Source: Anaeromyxobacteraceae bacterium (lineage in GTDB: Bacteria > Myxococcota > Myxococcia > Myxococcales > Anaeromyxobacteraceae). Taken from it: a stretch of 64,000 nt of DNA. A program made the translations under genes and the position numbers. The stretch is from NCBI GenBank assembly GCA_032654565.1, contig JAULAX010000017.1, positions 64,001-128,000 of the forward strand, written 5' to 3'. Shown one piece after another: positions 1 to 10,530 of the stretch; positions within the stretch are counted from its first letter, which is position 1; each line of letters begins with the position of its first letter. The notes beneath the pieces were generated by a model. It made no database searches and was not told where the DNA came from. It saw only the letters and a list, made by a program, of their open reading frames with translations.

Positions 1-2914
1 GGCCGTGTTCGGCCTGCCGCGCGCCCACGAGGACGACGCCTTGCGCGCGGTGCGCGCCGCGATGGGCATGCAGGCGGCGCTGCGCCGCGTCAACGAGGAC
101 CTGCTGTCGCGCTACGGCGTCGCGCTGGCCAACCGCACCGGCGTGAACACCGGCGAGGTGGTCGCCAGCGACGACCCGACGGCCGACCAGAAGCTGGCCA
201 CCGGCGACGCGGTCAACGTCGCCGCGCGGCTCGAGCAGGCCGCGCCCGAGAACCAGATCTATCTCGGCGACGTGACCTACCGGCTGGTGCGCGACGCCGT
301 CGAGGTGGAGTCGGTCGAGCCGCTCGAACTCAAGGGCAAGGCGCAGCGCGTGGCGGCCTTCCGCCTCGTCGCCGCGCCCGGGCTGGATGGCCTGGTGCGC
401 CGCCACGACCGGCCGCTGGTCGGCCGCGACGCGGAGCTCGCCGCGCTGGCCGAGCTGTTCGGCCAGGTCTCGCGTGAGCGCACCGCGCGCATGGTCACGC
501 TGATCGGCGACGCCGGCTTCGGCAAGTCGCGCCTGGTGCGCGAGGTCATCGACCGCATCGCCGTCGGCGCGCGGGTGCTCACCGGCCGCTGCCTGCCCTA
601 CGGCGACGGCATCACCTTCTGGCCGCTGCTCATGATGGTGCGCGAGGCCGCCGACATCCGCGACGCCGATTCGCCGGAGATCGCGCTGGACAAACTGCTC
701 GCCGCCGTGGGCGACGCCGAGGTGGCGCAGCGACTGGCCAGCGCCGCCGGCCTGACGACGGCATCGTTTCCGCTGGCCGAGCTGAACTGGGCGGCACGCA
801 AGTTCCTCGAGGGCTGGGCAGCGTCGGCGCCGCTGGTCGCCTTCGTCGACGACATCCACTGGGCCGAGCCGGCCTTCCTGGACCTGCTCGAACATGTGCA
901 GCTCACCGCGGTGGACGCGCCCATCCTGCTGCTGACCACCGCGCGCCACGATCTCATCGAGGAGCGCCCGAGCTGGGGCACGCAGCCCGGCTCGCTGCGC
1001 CTGGAGCTGCGCCCGCTCAGCGACGACGCCTCGGCACGCGTGGTGGCCAACCTGCTCGGCTCGGCCGGGCTGTCCGACGAGGTGACGCGCCGCGTCGTGA
1101 AGGCCGCCGAGGGCAACCCGCTGTACGCCGAGCAGATGCTGTCGATGCTGATCGACAACGGCGCCCTGCAGCTGCAGGACGGGCGCTGGGTGCGCGCCGA
1201 CGAGACGGCCGAGATCGCCGTGCCGCCCACCATCCACGCCCTGCTCGAAGCGCGTCTGGACGGGCTCGGGCGCGCCGAGCGCGCGGCCGTCGAGCCGGCC
1301 TCGGTGATCGGGCTGGAGTTCCCGCAGTCGGCCGTCGAATCGCTGGCGCCGCAGGCGGTGCGCTCCGAGTTGCCCGCCCACCTGGGCACGCTGACGCGCA
1401 AGCAGTTCATCCGCCCGGCGCAGTCGTCGGGCGCCGAGCTGATCTATCGCTTCCACCACCACCTGGTGCGCGAGACGGTCTACAACGGCCTGCTCAAGCG
1501 CGCACGCGCCAACCTGCACCTCGAGTTCGTGCGCTGGGCCGACCGCGCCAATGCCGACAGCGACCGCAGCCTGGAGTTCGAGGAGATCCTCGGCTACCAC
1601 CTCGAGCAGGCGCACCGCTACCTGCGCGAGCTGGGGCCGCTCGATGCGCCGGGCCTGGCGACGGGCAGCGACGCGGCCAGGCGCTTGTCCGCCGCGGGCC
1701 GCCGCGCCGCGGCGCGTGGCGACATGCATGCCGCCGCCAACCTCTACGGACGTGCCGTGGCCGTGCTCGAGAAGGACGATGCGCAGCGCTGGCTGCTGCT
1801 GCCCGAGCTCGCCGAGACGCTCACCGGCGTGGGCGACTTCGCGGGCGCGCACAGCGCCCTCGACGAAGCCTCCGGCGCCGCCGAGCGCTCGGGCAACGCG
1901 CGGCTGGGAGCGTCGAGCCGTTTGCTCGGCATGTTCGTGCGCCTGTACAGCGGCGAGCAGCAGGACGACTGGAGCGAGGAGACGCTGCGCGTGTGCCACG
2001 AGCTCATTCCCACGCTCGAACGCGAGAACGCGCACAACGAGGTGGCCACGGCCTGGCGGCTGGTCGTGCTGGTGCACGGCATCGCCGGCCGCTACTCGCT
2101 GGCCAGCGAGGGCGTGGCGCGATCCATCGCGCATGCGCGACGGGCCGGCAACGAGCGCCTGGTGGCGCGCAACGGCCTGATGCTCGCGATCAACGCGCTC
2201 AACGGCCCGATGCCGGTGCCGCAGGCCATCGTCGACTGCGAGCAACTGCTGTCCGCGGGGCTGAGCGACCGCCAGGTCGAGTGCAACGTGATGTGCGCGC
2301 TGGCGCAGCTCAAGGCGATGAACGGCGAACTCGATGCCGCGCGCAGCCTCTACCGCCGCAGCCGCGCGCTGCTGCGCGACCTGGGCCAGGGCGTCTACGC
2401 GGCGTCGACCGGCATCGACCTGGCGCGCGTCGAACTGCACGGTGGCGACCTCGCCCTCGCGCAGCGTGAGGTGCAGGCCGACTGCGACTTCCTCGCCGCG
2501 AAGGGCGAGACCTACTTCCTGTCGACGATGGCGGCGCTGCTCGCGCGCATCGCGCGCGACCAGGGGCGCGACGACGAGGCGCTGGCCCTGTCGCGCACCG
2601 CCGAAGAGGCCACCGCCGCCGACGACATGGAGTCGCAGGCCCTGTGGCGCATGGTGCGCGCCCCCATCCTCGCGCGGGCGGGCGAACTGCAGCAGGCCGA
2701 AGCCCTGGCGCGCAACGCCGTCGATCTGGTGCGGCAGACCGAGTCGCCGATGCTGCAGGCCGATGCGCTGGCCGAGCTGGCCGCGGTGCTGGCGCAGGCG
2801 GCCCGCCACGACGAGGCCGCGGCCCGACGGGCCGAGGCGATCGCGCTCTACGAGGCCAAGGGCAACCGCGTGATGGCGCAGCGCTGCATCGCCCTGGGCG
2901 CGCAGGCCCGCTGA
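1..2914 (+). CDS. Class III adenylate/guanylate cyclase fused to AAA/STAND ATPase and TPR-like helical region (5' truncated by window edge)
   Basis: Cyclase motifs AVFGLP, RTGVNTGEVV, GDAVNVAARLEQ, LKGK; Walker A GDAGFGKS; Walker B-like FVDDIHWA; GNPLY motif; Ala-rich helical C-terminus. Confidence 0.9.
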   Translation, partial: AVFGLPRAHEDDALRAVRAAMGMQAALRRVNEDLLSRYGVALANRTGVNTGEVVASDDPTADQKLATGDAVNVAARLEQAAPENQIYLGDVTYRLVRDAVEVESVEPLELKGKAQRVAAFRLVAAPGLDGLVRRHDRPLVGRDAELAALAELFGQVSRERTARMVTLIGDAGFGKSRLVREVIDRIAVGARVLTGRCLPYGDGITFWPLLMMVREAADIRDADSPEIALDKLLAAVGDAEVAQRLASAAGLTTASFPLAELNWAARKFLEGWAASAPLVAFVDDIHWAEPAFLDLLEHVQLTAVDAPILLLTTARHDLIEERPSWGTQPGSLRLELRPLSDDASARVVANLLGSAGLSDEVTRRVVKAAEGNPLYAEQMLSMLIDNGALQLQDGRWVRADETAEIAVPPTIHALLEARLDGLGRAERAAVEPASVIGLEFPQSAVESLAPQAVRSELPAHLGTLTRKQFIRPAQSSGAELIYRFHHHLVRETVYNGLLKRARANLHLEFVRWADRANADSDRSLEFEEILGYHLEQAHRYLRELGPLDAPGLATGSDAARRLSAAGRRAAARGDMHAAANLYGRAVAVLEKDDAQRWLLLPELAETLTGVGDFAGAHSALDEASGAAERSGNARLGASSRLLGMFVRLYSGEQQDDWSEETLRVCHELIPTLERENAHNEVATAWRLVVLVHGIAGRYSLASEGVARSIAHARRAGNERLVARNGLMLAINALNGPMPVPQAIVDCEQLLSAGLSDRQVECNVMCALAQLKAMNGELDAARSLYRRSRALLRDLGQGVYAASTGIDLARVELHGGDLALAQREVQADCDFLAAKGETYFLSTMAALLARIARDQGRDDEALALSRTAEEATAADDMESQALWRMVRAPILARAGELQQAEALARNAVDLVRQTESPMLQADALAELAAVLAQAARHDEAAARRAEAIALYEAKGNRVMAQRCIALGAQAR

Positions 2915-2936
2915 ACGGGCCTGTTCTCCCGCGGGC

Positions 2937-4019
2937 TCAGAAGACCTTGTACGAGCCGTTGCCGAGGTTGATCAGCAGCCACTCGAAGTCGCCGTCGAGA
3001 TCCGCTGTCCAGCCGGGCGTGCGACTGCTCTTGTAGTACGTCTTCCTGGCGATGCAGGGCACGCCGTCGGTGCGCGGCGTCGTCGGGCTGGCGCAGTCGC
3101 CGACGAACGTCGTGCCGCCGGTGCCGGTGTACTGGATCAGCACGCTCTCGATCTTCGTGCCCTTGAGGATGGTCGAGGCGTCCTGCCGCAGCACGATCGA
3201 CAGATACGGGCTGAAGCTGCCGGGGATGGTGATGTCCGAGCGGAAGCAGGCGCTGAAGTTGTTCGTGCAGTTGACGGCGTCCGGCGACTCGAGGATCTCG
3301 GCCGTGGTGAAGCTCGTGCTCGCCGGCACTATCACCGAGGTGGCGAACGGATCCGCAGTCGACGTGACGCCGCCGCTGCCGGTGAACAGGCTGCCGCCGC
3401 CCTTCTGCACCGCCGACTTCACCAGCGTCGGGTTGAAGGTGCCCAGCGTCACCTGGCCGGTCGTCCATTCGCCAACCGAGTTGTCGACCGGGGAGGTCGC
3501 GCCACCGGTCGTCTCGGCGTAGTAAGTGATGCCGCTGAAGCTCACGCAGTCCGTCGCGGCGCAGTTGCCGGCGATGCCGTCGGGCACCGGGCTGGCGGCG
3601 TCCTTCACCGGCGCCTTGAAGAACACGGCGAAGGCCGGAAAGGCCTCGCCGGCCTTGAGTTGCCCGATCGTGCAATTGATGCTCGTGCCGCCCGCGCCGG
3701 CCGTGCAGGTCGCGCCCTCGGCCGAACTGAACACCGCCGTTTCGTCGACGTCGGTCACCAGCGTCGAGCCGGTGAAGCTGATGTTGTTGATCGTGTTGCC
3801 GCCGCCGTTGGCGATGCGGACGCTGTAGCCGATGTAGGTGTTCAGCGCCGGCCGCGCCGGGGAAGCGGTGGCCAGGGCGCTGTAGGTCACCGCCGGCGAC
3901 AAGGGCGCCACCGTGGTGGTCAGCAGGCCGGCTCCCGCCCACGCCGTCATCGGCACGGCCACGCACGCGCCGATCAACAGGGCCGCGCTCGCGCGCGCGC
4001 TCAGGGAAACGAACTTCAT
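2937..4019 (-). CDS. Secreted Thr/Ser/Gly-rich hypothetical protein, possibly with a DUF11-like beta domain
   Basis: AAGGAGG RBS before ATG 4019; signal-peptide-like N-terminus ending AWA; YSVRIANGG motif; paired Cys residues. Confidence 0.75.
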   Translation of the reverse strand: MKFVSLSARASAALLIGACVAVPMTAWAGAGLLTTTVAPLSPAVTYSALATASPARPALNTYIGYSVRIANGGGNTINNISFTGSTLVTDVDETAVFSSAEGATCTAGAGGTSINCTIGQLKAGEAFPAFAVFFKAPVKDAASPVPDGIAGNCAATDCVSFSGITYYAETTGGATSPVDNSVGEWTTGQVTLGTFNPTLVKSAVQKGGGSLFTGSGGVTSTADPFATSVIVPASTSFTTAEILESPDAVNCTNNFSACFRSDITIPGSFSPYLSIVLRQDASTILKGTKIESVLIQYTGTGGTTFVGDCASPTTPRTDGVPCIARKTYYKSSRTPGWTADLDGDFEWLLINLGNGSYKVF

Positions 4020-4154
4020 GGATCCTCCTTGGGGGTGCCACCACGACCTGAGATCGCCAGGAATCCGGCGAGGCCATGGGTTTTGTGCACTTTTTCTTAC
4101 GAGGCGTGGTTTTACCGCCGAACCCTCAGCAGCCACCCCCCCTGATTCCGGGGG

Positions 4155-6356
4155 TCACGATGCCGCGTGACGGCGAAGCGACGTGGCGCGGCGCAACCGC
4201 CCGGAGAGGTGGATCGCGATGTTGCGGTACAGCTGCGAAGCCAGCGCCGGCTGCTCGCGCCCGATCGCGTCGAGCCCTTGCTGCGTCAGCTGGTAGAGCT
4301 CGGCCTGCGCGTCGGCCGTGGCGCCGGCGCTGCGCCCGCCGCCATCGAGCATGGCCGTTTCGCCGAGCATCAGACCGGCCGAGAAGCTGACGAAGCGCTG
4401 GCGCCGATGCGCCGGCCCGCTGCCCGCCTCCACGGTGATCGAGCCGCGTGTCAGCACGAACAGGCCGTCGGCGGGATCGCCCTCCTTGAAGAGCGCTTCG
4501 CCCTTCGCCAGCCGCCGCGGCCGCATGTGGGCCAGGACCGCCGCACACTGCGCCGCGTCCAGCCCGACGAACAGGCTGCTGTGCTGCGGCGCGATGGCGG
4601 TGTCGCCGAGGGCCAGCCCGGCTTCGGCGAGCAGTTGCTGCTCGGCCGCCTCGACGGCGCGGTCGAGGTCGGCGAACCAGTCGTCGCGACGCGCATCGCG
4701 AAAGCAGCCGAACGCGCGCAGGCGCCGTCCATGGGGATGCTCGGCCGTCACGCCGGCCAGCAACAGCGTCAGGCCGCGACGGCCGAGGCCGACCGACGAC
4801 TGCTGCAGCAGCATCGCGCCGGAGGCATCGATGGTGCCCACGCCACGCAGGTCGAGCACCACGAACCCGGCCTCGCCGCCGATCGAGTCCAGCTCGCGCG
4901 CCAGCCGCTCGGCACTGCCGAAGAACAGCGCTCCCTCGAGTTCGAGCACGACGATGCGCGAGCGTGCGTCGCGCAGGAACGCCTCCTGTGCCGGCGGATA
5001 GACGCGCCGCGAGGGTTCGGCGGCGGCCGTGTAGCGCGAGCGCACCAGCGAACGGTTCATGCTGCGCACGAACACCACGAGCGTGACCACGATGCCTGCG
5101 GCCACGCCGACCGCGAAGCCGCGCCACACCGTGACGACACACACGAAAGCGACGATGGCCAGCGTCTGCCGCACGTCCGTCGAACGCTCGCCGCTGCGCC
5201 ACTGGCCGATCAGCTGGCGCGTCCAGCGGTCGACCAGCGCCAGCGCGACCGTCAGCATGATGCCGGCCAGCACGGTCTTGGGCAGCATCGCGAGCAGCGG
5301 CCCGAGCACCCCGTACATCACGCCGAACGCGAGCGCGCCGACGAACGCTGCGCGCCGCCCGACTCCGCCGGCGTGCAGCGTGGCCAGCGCCCGCGCGCGC
5401 AGCAGCACCACCGGCAGGCCATAGAACAGCCCGACGACGATGTTCGACATGCCCATCAGCATGAGGTCATGGCCTGCGTCGTGGGACGCGTCGAGTTGCT
5501 GGTCGATCGCCAGGCCGCTGAGCACCGACTCGAGCGAACCGATGAGCGCCAGCACCACGCCGCCCGTCAGCACGTCCAGCCCATGGCGCAGGACGAACGC
5601 GGCCACGCCGGCGTCGGCCAGGCGCTGCGGCAAGTCGGGCATCGGCACGCTGCCGGGCAGCGGGCCCAGGGCCGGGCCCAGCGCCATCGTCGGCCACTGC
5701 AGATGCAGGCCGGCATACAGTGCCAGCCCGAAGCCCAGGCCGATCAGCTGCGACGGCAAGCGCGGCCAGCGCCAGGCGACCAGCCAGGTACAGGCCGCCG
5801 TGCTCAGGCCGACAGCCAGCGTGCCCGCGTGGAAGCCGGACAGCCCGGCGCCCGGTTGCAGGCCCAGCAGCGCCGGCAGCTGCGACAGGAAGATCAGCAC
5901 GGCCACGCCGTTCATGAAGCCGGCGAGCACCGGCTGCGGCACGAACTGCGCGATGCGGCCCAGGCCGAGGCGCGCGAAGACGATCTGCAGCACGCCCATC
6001 GACACCACGATGGTTCCGCCCGCCGCGAGCACGAGCGCGATGCCCGAGCTGCCTGCCGCCGACACCGCCGGATCGTGCACCAGCGGTGCGATTGCGCTGG
6101 CAAAGATCAGCGCGGTGGCCGAACTCGGGCCGGCCACCGGCATCGCGCTGCGGCTGAACAGCGCGAACACGACGCCGCCGACCGTGACCGTCACGAAGGC
6201 CGCGGCCAGGCCCAGCGGAGCGGCGGCATCGCCCAGCGGCGCGTAGCCCAGCAGGCCGATCGTCAGCACGACGGCGAGCATCACCACCGAGCCGACGCAG
6301 CCGCCGAGGATCTCCGCAGGCCACGGCGCGTGGCGGCGCCCGGTGCTCATGCGCAC
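4155..6356 (-). CDS. SulP/SLC26 anion transporter with STAS and C-terminal cNMP-binding domain
   Basis: Multiple TM helices; AGPSS and VPQPVLAGFMNG motifs; STAS LEGALFFGS and IDASG; cNMP LFKEGD..LGE..RSA. Confidence 0.9.
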   Translation of the reverse strand: MRMSTGRRHAPWPAEILGGCVGSVVMLAVVLTIGLLGYAPLGDAAAPLGLAAAFVTVTVGGVVFALFSRSAMPVAGPSSATALIFASAIAPLVHDPAVSAAGSSGIALVLAAGGTIVVSMGVLQIVFARLGLGRIAQFVPQPVLAGFMNGVAVLIFLSQLPALLGLQPGAGLSGFHAGTLAVGLSTAACTWLVAWRWPRLPSQLIGLGFGLALYAGLHLQWPTMALGPALGPLPGSVPMPDLPQRLADAGVAAFVLRHGLDVLTGGVVLALIGSLESVLSGLAIDQQLDASHDAGHDLMLMGMSNIVVGLFYGLPVVLLRARALATLHAGGVGRRAAFVGALAFGVMYGVLGPLLAMLPKTVLAGIMLTVALALVDRWTRQLIGQWRSGERSTDVRQTLAIVAFVCVVTVWRGFAVGVAAGIVVTLVVFVRSMNRSLVRSRYTAAAEPSRRVYPPAQEAFLRDARSRIVVLELEGALFFGSAERLARELDSIGGEAGFVVLDLRGVGTIDASGAMLLQQSSVGLGRRGLTLLLAGVTAEHPHGRRLRAFGCFRDARRDDWFADLDRAVEAAEQQLLAEAGLALGDTAIAPQHSSLFVGLDAAQCAAVLAHMRPRRLAKGEALFKEGDPADGLFVLTRGSITVEAGSGPAHRRQRFVSFSAGLMLGETAMLDGGGRSAGATADAQAELYQLTQQGLDAIGREQPALASQLYRNIAIHLSGRLRRATSLRRHAAS

Positions 6357-6372
6357 ATCGACCCGGTCGCGC

Positions 6373-8331
6373 TCAGAACAGCGCCGTCACGCGCACCGTG
6401 CTGCCCATGCTCTCGGTGCTGACGCTGGACCAGCCGCCCTTGGCCAGGCGGATCATCGCGTCGTTGGTGGACATGATCTCCGCGACGAAGCCGCGCACGC
6501 CGCGCTGCTGGGCGTCCTTCATCATGCGCAGCTGCAGCGCCGTGCCCAGGCCGCAGCCCTGCCACTCGGGGCTGACGATGAAGGCGGTCTCGGCCAGGTT
6601 GGTCGACGGATCGATGAAGTAGCAGGCCTGCCCGACGATCTGCGGATGCTCGCGCGCGCCGGTGGCCGCCACGAAGCCGACCTCGGTCTCGAAGTTCAGG
6701 TTGCACAGGCGCTGCACGTCCTGGTCCGACAGGCTGCGCACGTTGCGGAAGAAGCGTGTGTAGACGTCGCGCTCCGACAGCTGGTGGAACAGCGTGCGGA
6801 TGCCCTGCGCATCGCCCGCGGTCGAGGGCCGCAGCAGCACCGAGCGGCCACCCTTGAGCGCCACCGTCTCCTCCTCCTGCACCGGGTAGGCGCGCATGTT
6901 CTTCAGCGTCTGGCCGGCCGGCAGCAGGCCCAGCGCCTGCGCCTGCTCGAACAGCTCGGCGCGGAACTTCGGATGCGCCACCTCGATCAGCGAGATCGCA
7001 CGTTCGCGCATCGACTTGCCGAACAGGTAGGCGATGCCGTATTCGGTGACCACGTAGTGCACGTCGCTGCGCGCGATGGTCACGCCTTCGCCCGGGCGCA
7101 GCTGCACGCGGATGCGCGAGCTGCCGGCGTCCGGGTCGGTCGAGGGCAGGCAGATGATCGGCTTGCCGCCGGGCGAGCGCGAGGCGCCGCGCAGGAACTC
7201 GCCCTGCGCCGCCAGGCCGCTGTAGTACTCGCCGTCGAGCTGGTCGGCGCAGACCTGGCCGGACAGGTCGATCGCGAAGGCCTGCGTCACCGACACCATG
7301 CGGTGCTGCGCGGCGATCACCGAGGGCTGGCACACCGCCTCGATCGGCTGGAACGAGAACAGCGGGTTGCGGTCGATCAGGTCGTACAGGCGCCGCGAGC
7401 CCATTGCGAAGCTGGTGACGATCTGCCCGCGCTGGTCGGTCTTGCGGCGGCCGTTGAGGATGCCGCGCTCGAGCAGCGGGATGATCGCGTCGGTGATGAC
7501 GTCGGAGTGCACGCCCAGGTCGCGGCGGTCGGCGAGGTACTTCAGCGCCTCGTTGGTGACGCGGCCCAGGCCGATCTGCAGCGTCGAGCCGTCGTCGATG
7601 ATGCCGCCGATGTAGCGCGCGATCTGCTCCACCACCTCGCCGGGCATGGCGTCGTGCTGGTATTCGATCACCGGCGAGTCCACCGGCACCAGCCAGTCGA
7701 TCTCGTCGACGTGCAGCATCGAGTGGCCCATCGTGCAGGGCATGGCCGGATTGACCTCGGCGATCACCAGCCGCGCGCGCGACACCGCCGCCGGCGCGAT
7801 GTCCACCGAGACGCCCAGGCTGACGTAGCCGAACGCATCGGGCAGCGACACCTGGATCAGCGCCACGTCGACCGGGATGCGGCCGTTGGCGATGAGCTGC
7901 GGCACGCGCGCGATCGACATCGGCACGTACTCGGCCAGGCCCTGGCGCACCGCGGCGCGCAGGTCGGCGCCGACGAAGAAGCAGCGGTGCCGGTAGGCCG
8001 TGGTGGCCTGGCCCTGCGCATCGTGCGGCACGGCGTGGTCGGTGAGGAAGTGCAGCAGCTCGACGTCGCCCGGCTTCGGGCTGCGCGTCTCCAGCGCATG
8101 CACCAGCGCGCGCGGCGTGGCGCAGGCGGTGCCGACGAAGACATGCTCGCCATGACGGATGTGCGCCACTGCTTCGGCGGCGCTGCACAGCTTGCCGGCA
8201 TGGGCCTGCAGCAGCGGATGCAGCGGCGCCGGCGCCTGCGCCGCACCGGACTCGCCGACGAAACGCTCGCGCAGCGACTGCACCACGCGCGCCATCAAGC
8301 CCGGTGGCGTCAAGGGTGGGTCTTCATTCAT
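6373..8331 (-). CDS. Acetyl-CoA hydrolase/transferase family protein fused to C-terminal GNAT acetyltransferase
   Basis: DGSTLQIGLG, HYVVTEYGIAYLFGK, LIEVAHPKFR; GNAT AETAFIV..WQGCGLGT. Confidence 0.88.
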   Translation of the reverse strand: MNEDPPLTPPGLMARVVQSLRERFVGESGAAQAPAPLHPLLQAHAGKLCSAAEAVAHIRHGEHVFVGTACATPRALVHALETRSPKPGDVELLHFLTDHAVPHDAQGQATTAYRHRCFFVGADLRAAVRQGLAEYVPMSIARVPQLIANGRIPVDVALIQVSLPDAFGYVSLGVSVDIAPAAVSRARLVIAEVNPAMPCTMGHSMLHVDEIDWLVPVDSPVIEYQHDAMPGEVVEQIARYIGGIIDDGSTLQIGLGRVTNEALKYLADRRDLGVHSDVITDAIIPLLERGILNGRRKTDQRGQIVTSFAMGSRRLYDLIDRNPLFSFQPIEAVCQPSVIAAQHRMVSVTQAFAIDLSGQVCADQLDGEYYSGLAAQGEFLRGASRSPGGKPIICLPSTDPDAGSSRIRVQLRPGEGVTIARSDVHYVVTEYGIAYLFGKSMRERAISLIEVAHPKFRAELFEQAQALGLLPAGQTLKNMRAYPVQEEETVALKGGRSVLLRPSTAGDAQGIRTLFHQLSERDVYTRFFRNVRSLSDQDVQRLCNLNFETEVGFVAATGAREHPQIVGQACYFIDPSTNLAETAFIVSPEWQGCGLGTALQLRMMKDAQQRGVRGFVAEIMSTNDAMIRLAKGGWSSVSTESMGSTVRVTALF

Positions 8332-8523
8332 GGCACGGTCCTGATGGATGAAGACATTCCGGGCACTGCATGTCGGAGGCGCGTCGCTTGTTGGTTTGGC
8401 CGATTCTCACCCAGAGGCCGAGACTGCGCAGCGTCCGTGATAGCCCCGGGTTTTCCCGCGCGCGCCTTGCCCCAGAATCGCGACGCAACCACGAACCGCA
8501 CCTTGCCCGACACCCGATCCGCC

Positions 8524-10422
8524 ATGCCATCCGCCAGCCCTCGCCCGCCGCACCAGGACGACCTGCTGCTGCACCACCTGCGAACCTTCCTGGGCATCAT
8601 CGACGCCGCGGCCATCGACGCGGTGCGAGGCCGGGTGCGCTGGATGCAACTGGCCGGCGGCGAGACGCTGATGCGCCAGGGCGAGCCCGGCGACGCGCTG
8701 TACCTGCTGGTCAGCGGCCGCCTTCGCGTGTACATGGAGGAAGACGGCGTGCGCCGCGTGGTGCGCGAGATCTCGCGCGGCGAGGTGGTCGGCGAGATGA
8801 GCCTGATCACCGATGCACCGCGCTCGGCCACGCTGGTGGCGATCCGCGATTCCGTGCTCGTCAGCCTCGGCAAGGACGACTTCGCGCACCTGCAGGCGCA
8901 CAGCCCGCAGGTCACGCTGGCACTGACGCGCCAGATCATCGCGCGGCTGCGTTCGCAACACGAGCGCACGGTGATGGACCGTCCCGTGACGATGGCCCTG
9001 CTGCCGGTCAGCGGCGGCATGGATGCGGCCGCCTTTGCGCAGCAACTGGCCGGCGAACTGGCCGCGCACGGCAAGGTGGGCGTGCTCGACGCCGCCACCG
9101 TCGACCGCCAGCTGCAGGCGCTGGGCCTGCCCCGCGCCGTCGTCGACGACGAGCGCACGCAGCGCAGCGTGGCGATGCTGTTCGACGAATTCGAGGGCAC
9201 GCACGACTACGTGCTGCTGGTCGGCGACGACACCCCCACCGACTGGACGCACCGCTGCACGCGCCACGCCGACGAGATCCTGCTGCTGGCCGACGCGCAG
9301 GCCGTGCCGGAGGTCCATGCGAACGAGCGGGCGTTTCTCGTCGATCGCCCGCCGCACGCGGAAGCCGCCGAGATCCTGGTGCTGATGCACGACGCGGGCA
9401 CGGCCATGCCCAGCGGCACCTCGCGCTGGTTGTCGCGCCGACCGGTGAGCGACCACGTCCACCTGCGCCGCGGCCACGCGGCCGACATGGCGCGGCTGGC
9501 GCGCATCCAGTCGCGCAACGCGGTCGGACTGGTGCTGGCCGGCGGCGGCGCGCGCGGCTTCGCACACCTGGGCGTGTACCGCGCGCTGCGCGAACACGGC
9601 ATCGAGGTCGACTACGTCGGCGGCACCAGCATCGGCTCGATCATGGCCGCGCTGATCGCGACCGACCAGCCGGCGCAACGCCTGGAGGCGACGGCACGGG
9701 CCGAGTTCGGCCGCAACCCGACCGGCGACTTCACGCTGCTGCCGCTGATCTCGCTGATCAAGGGCCGGCGTCTGCGCCGCATCGTCGGCCACGCCGTGGC
9801 CGACAACGTCGGCGAAGGCGCGGGCATCGAGGACCTGTGGAAGCGCTTCTTCTGCGTCGCCACCAACTTCTCGCACGCCCGTGAGATGGTGCTGCAGCGC
9901 GGCGACCTGCTGAAGTCGCTGCTGTCCAGCACCGCCATTCCGGGTGCGCTGCCGCCGGTCATCATGGACGGCGACCTGCTGTGCGACGGCGGCACCTTCA
10001 ACAACTTCCCGGTCGACGTGATGCGCGGGCTGCGCGGTGTGGGCAAGGTGATCGGCGTCGACCTCAATGCCAGCAAGCCGCGGCGCATCGAGCTCGACGA
10101 AACGCCCAGCGGCTGGGCGATGCTGCTCGATCGCCTGCGGCCGCGCCAGTCGCGCCGCTACCGCCTGCCCAGCCTGCCGGTGCTGCTGATCAACGCCACC
10201 ATCCTCTACAGCCTGTCGCGGCAGAAGCAGGCGCGCGCCCTGACCGACCTGTACTTCAACCCGCCGCTCGACCGTGTCGGCATGCTCGACTGGAAACGCT
10301 TCGACCAGGTCGTGCGCCAGGGCTACGAGCATGCCTTGCAGGTGCTGGGCGACCGCATCCCCCCGCCGCCCCCGGCGCCCAGACCCGATTTGGTGCCTGG
10401 CCGGCCGCTGCCGCACCAGTAA
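8524..10422 (+). CDS. cNMP-binding domain + patatin-like phospholipase (NTE family)
   Basis: cNMP LMRQGEPGD..VGEMSL..PRSAT; patatin GGGARG, GTSIG, DGG motifs; start placed at ATG 8524 within the longer track ORF. Confidence 0.9.
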   Translation: MPSASPRPPHQDDLLLHHLRTFLGIIDAAAIDAVRGRVRWMQLAGGETLMRQGEPGDALYLLVSGRLRVYMEEDGVRRVVREISRGEVVGEMSLITDAPRSATLVAIRDSVLVSLGKDDFAHLQAHSPQVTLALTRQIIARLRSQHERTVMDRPVTMALLPVSGGMDAAAFAQQLAGELAAHGKVGVLDAATVDRQLQALGLPRAVVDDERTQRSVAMLFDEFEGTHDYVLLVGDDTPTDWTHRCTRHADEILLLADAQAVPEVHANERAFLVDRPPHAEAAEILVLMHDAGTAMPSGTSRWLSRRPVSDHVHLRRGHAADMARLARIQSRNAVGLVLAGGGARGFAHLGVYRALREHGIEVDYVGGTSIGSIMAALIATDQPAQRLEATARAEFGRNPTGDFTLLPLISLIKGRRLRRIVGHAVADNVGEGAGIEDLWKRFFCVATNFSHAREMVLQRGDLLKSLLSSTAIPGALPPVIMDGDLLCDGGTFNNFPVDVMRGLRGVGKVIGVDLNASKPRRIELDETPSGWAMLLDRLRPRQSRRYRLPSLPVLLINATILYSLSRQKQARALTDLYFNPPLDRVGMLDWKRFDQVVRQGYEHALQVLGDRIPPPPPAPRPDLVPGRPLPHQ

Positions 10423-10530
10423 GGTCAGTCGTGGGACCCAGGGCAGCGTGCGCGCCGCCTCGGCATGGTGCGACGCCGCGCACGAAAGTTGCGACCCGGT
10501 GATGAAACCTCATCAGCGCTTCGCCACCTC

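Noticed and set aside
6343..8523. 1359-aa ORF as a giant patatin fusion
   Set aside because: The first ~727 aa are the antisense shadow of the CoA-transferase-GNAT gene; the real start is about 8524
1..10422. Calling the cyclase + patatin pair a CBASS or Pycsar system
   Set aside because: No CD-NTase; the patatin is the NTE-type cNMP fusion; the genes are not in one operon. Kept only as a weaker signalling-island hypothesis
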